64,000 bases of DNA, taken from Octopus sinensis. Taxonomy: Eukaryota. This document shows, piece after piece, positions 60,458 through 64,000 of the stretch (position 1 is the stretch's first letter; each line of letters begins with the position of its first letter). The position numbers and the translations under genes are program-made. The stretch is from contig NC_043000.1 in the NCBI RefSeq assembly GCF_006345805.1, forward strand, positions 72,850,001-72,914,000. The letters run 5' to 3'. Below the pieces are notes generated by a model. It ran no database searches and was not told where the DNA came from. It saw nothing but the letters and a program-made list of their open reading frames with translations.

Positions 60458-63400
60458 TCTCTCCCGCCTTTGCTCTAGGGAGAAGAGTTTTAATACTTTC
60501 AGTCTTTCCCAGTAGCTGATATGTTGCATTGAGACGATCTCCTTAGTGTAGCTTCTTTGAATTGCTTCGAGTTCTGCTGTTAGCTTTATATTGTGTGGTG
60601 ACCATAGTTGGGAGCAGTAGTCCAAGCAGCTGAGGACAAAAGTTTTCCACAGGACCATCAGTGTCTCCTTCTCTCTTGTTCTGAAAGTTCGGAGAATCCA
60701 TCCACCTAGCCGTCTGTATTTTATCACCAAATTAGTAATATGCACTTGGAAAGATGCATCATTGCTCATGTCAATGCCCAGGTCACGCACTGATTTTGAC
60801 TCGGGGATTACAATACTTCCCAGGCCAGTGTATCCAGTCTACATGTCGTTTACCTTTGTGTGCCGGTAGCGCAGGGCCTGGAACTTACCTGCATTAAACT
60901 GCATGTTGTTGTCCTCAGCCCACCTGTATATTGTATCCAACTCTTGTTGCAGATGTGCAATATTTTCAGGGTTTTCTATTGTATGGGAGACTTTTGTGTC
61001 ATCTGCATAGCTAGCAAGAGTGGTCATCTTAGCAACTGGGGGCATGTCTGAAAGGGCCTCTATGAACAGCAGTGGCCCCAAGACAGTGCCCTGTGGAACA
61101 CCGCTTGTTATTTTTGTTTCCTTGGAGGTGGCTCCATTGGCCACAACTGCCTGCCTTCTATCTTTTAGGAAGTTGTGCAGCCACTCTCCAAGTTTTCCGC
61201 CTATGCCGAGACCACACAGTTTGTGACAAATCATACCATGATCGACTTTATCAAAGGCTTTTGCAAAGTCGAGATATATCACATCCACATTTGAGCCATT
61301 TAGTAGCTGTTTTAACACCCAGTCATAGTGTTGCAGGAGCTGTGTTAGGCAGCTCCTACCTGGTCGAAATCTATGCTGGGTGACAGTCAGCAAGTCATTT
61401 TCTTCAAGGAACATGATTAGTTTCTTGCGGGCTATTCGTTCCATAACTTTGCTGATGTGTGAGGTCAGAGAGATAGGCCTATAATTTTTAACATCTGCTC
61501 TGCTTCCTCCCTTATGGACAGGGCATATTACCCCCTCTTTCAATTTGACTGGGAGCTTAACACTTGCAAGAAAGTTCTGAAAAAGAAGCTGTAGCGGTTT
61601 TGCAAGGGCTCGTTTGCATGATTTGAGAAGGATCGCTGGAAATCCATCAGCTCCAGAGGCTGAGTTTGTGTCAATCTCATCTATGGCCAGTGTGATATCA
61701 TCATCTTCAATGTTGATGTACTCAATTTTTGCCTCTTTGGCCACAGGTAAAGTGGCAAAGAATTCTTCTGGGTTGTTTACTTGCCTGTGTCCTAGAGGTG
61801 TAGTGAACACACTTTGGAACTGATTGTTCAGTATTTCACTTATCCTCATGGGATTTCCTGTGAGAGAGCCATCTTTTTGGAAGAGAGGTCCTATTCTCTG
61901 GTGCATTGTGGCTGTCTCTTTGGCAAACTTAAAGAAAGCTTTAGGGTTTGACTTTATATTTTCTCTTACCCAAGCTTCTTTATCTGCTCTCTCCTTTTCA
62001 TGAGACTGATGCAGACTTTTCTCAATTTCCATTAGCATTCTCTTGAGCCGAGACTTCTCACCACTTTTGGTGTGCTTGCTCAGGCGGTTCGCAATCCTTG
62101 TCCGTCGTCTCATAAGAATCTTCCTTTCTCTAGGGATCCTGCTTTTGTTTTTGTGTGTGCTGGCCCTGCATACTGGGACATATTTGTCACATATGGCTTG
62201 TATTATAGACATGAAGCGTTTGTGTTTCATGTCAATGTCTGGTGTGGAGAGACATTTAGGCCAATCCTGTTTGAGGATCTCTTTCTCAATCAACTTCCAA
62301 TTTGCTTTATGAAAGTTTAATTTGGAGAGATTGTGGATGCTTCATATAGGCTGTGTGTCTGTGGAGGCTTTTGGTCCATACATAGACAGCTCTATTATGT
62401 TGTGATCCGAGATCATTGTCGGCATCACTTTAACATTATGGATAATATCCATATTGTTTGTGAAGCAGAGATCCAGTATATTATTTGCCCTGGTTGGTTG
62501 CAGCACTATTTGCTCCATGAAAGAGGCATTTGTGAGATGGAGCAGGGACTCTGCCTGTGTCTGCTGATGGTGTGTCATCCCTGGGAGCATTCTGCCCCCC
62601 AGGCCATTCCATATTGGGGAAGTTAAAGTCACCCATGAAGAATACACTGTTGTGTTGTTCCAGGTTGGTGAGAACTTCTCCTATTTTTGTTAGGCAGTCT
62701 TCAAACATGCCTGTGTGATTTGGGGCATCCGGTGGGCGATATGTAGTACATATGACGATATTCAGTTGTCTTATGTGTACAATTTGAGTGTCACACACTG
62801 AGTTTGAATATGACAACAGGACCTGGGGCGTTAGGTCATCTCGGATGTACATTGCAACTCCACCATGGCTCTTCCCTTTTCTATCTGAGCGTACGACAAC
62901 ATATTGCGGTATGTGTATTTCTGCATCCCCTATATCAGGTCCAAGATGCGTTTCTATGAGTGCCATGCATATAGCTTGATTGCATACTGCAAGGTCTCTC
63001 AGGAATGAGATTTTCCTTTTGCAGTTTCCTCGCAGCAGCCCTCCTACATTTAGTAGAAATATTTTTGTGGTGTGTGTGTTGGTGTCTGTGGTGGCCATCC
63101 TGCATCTGTTGGTGGTGGCCTTATGTGATGGTAGTTCTAGCTTTGTAGCCAGGTCAGCTGCTGGACAATTTTTTGTGCCATGCACAAAAAAGATTGCTGT
63201 TTAGCTGCTGCCCTTCTCACATCTGGGTGAAGCTGGCCATTTGTTGGGCTATGCAGTATCTTTTTTGGACCGCATATCGTCTTTCAGGAGTAGTCAGTGC
63301 GCCATTTTACCTTCTTTGATATTTTTTTCTTTTTCTTTTTGTTCTCCCCATGAGAGGGATTTTTTCCTTGTGTCCATGCGGTTTTGGCAGGGCTTCTGAT

Positions 63401-64000
63401 GTGCAAAATGACAGTTTGCACCATCGACGCCATGCCAGCAGTCTCCCTTCAGGTAGAATTTGCAGATGCTTCTGCTTTTGCCCTTGTAGCTTTTGCTGGG
63501 GTTCTTCTGTCTTTTCTGAACAGTGTTTGTTTTAGTTTTCTTGTCTTTTACCTCTTTTTTTCCGTCGACTTTAGGGTGCTTTCCTTTTTTTGTGGCCATC
63601 GCACCTCTTTGGTCTTCAGTTGTGTTGGGAGCTGGACATGTGCCATTGTTTCTCTTGGTTGCAGGTATCTCAGTTGTGTCTTTTGTTGGGTCCTGGATGC
63701 TTTCTCCATCCTTTTGGTCTTCCCTGGTGCAGTCACCTCTTAGGATGATGTCCAGTGTGTCCATGTGTTACCTGATTAGAGTGTATGAACGGAGGATTTT
63801 TGTGTATCTTTCACTCTTTCTGGGTGGTGGTCATGGAGAAATCATTGCTCTTAAGCGCTACTGCAATGATATTGTTTGGAGAGTCACCCTCGGCAATCTT
63901 CCAGGTGCAGACAAACAATTGCAGCTCCCTTGCAGACCAGTTCCTTGACATCTTCACTTGGGATACAGTGAGAGTGAAATAAAGGAACAGAGAGAGGAGG
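60458..64000 (-). mobile_element. Second CR1-group subfamily with ORF1 (CCCH zinc finger) and frameshifted ORF2; 3' end truncated in a TA tract
   Basis: ORF1 CKFYLKGDCWHGVDGANCHFAH; ORF2 pieces 62481-63185, 62342-62647, 60839-62293, 60374-60790 homologous to the 55200 copy. Confidence 0.92.

Overview
AT-rich animal genomic DNA; the SINE/LINE families and microsatellite load suggest an octopod cephalopod (inference). One host gene is visible: six internal GT-AG coding exons (+ strand, 9838-33620) of CRPPA/ISPD (D-ribitol-5-phosphate cytidylyltransferase). They splice in frame; the first and last exons appear to lie outside the window. Most of the rest is nested, decayed transposable elements: CR1-group LINEs, two RTE families, an L1/Tx1-like LINE, a Dong/R4 element, Penelope-like elements, Tc1, mariners, piggyBac, hAT, a Helentron-type MITE, tRNA-SINEs and microsatellites. 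Most notable: four hammerhead-ribozyme motifs, all antisense to the host gene, one with a 34-bp fold-back helix I and one with a U3-A8 core swap; a near full-length 5'-inverted RTE with TSD that resembles parasitic-flatworm elements; an RTE family with a PHD finger inside its RT and a hairpin tandem array in its 3' UTR; a Penelope fragment between ~1-kb inverted arms, each hit by a later insertion; and a head-to-head RTE/CR1 fusion. No prokaryote-type system (CRISPR, operon) is supported. Alignments and folds were done by eye; family names rest on recalled motifs, not database searches.
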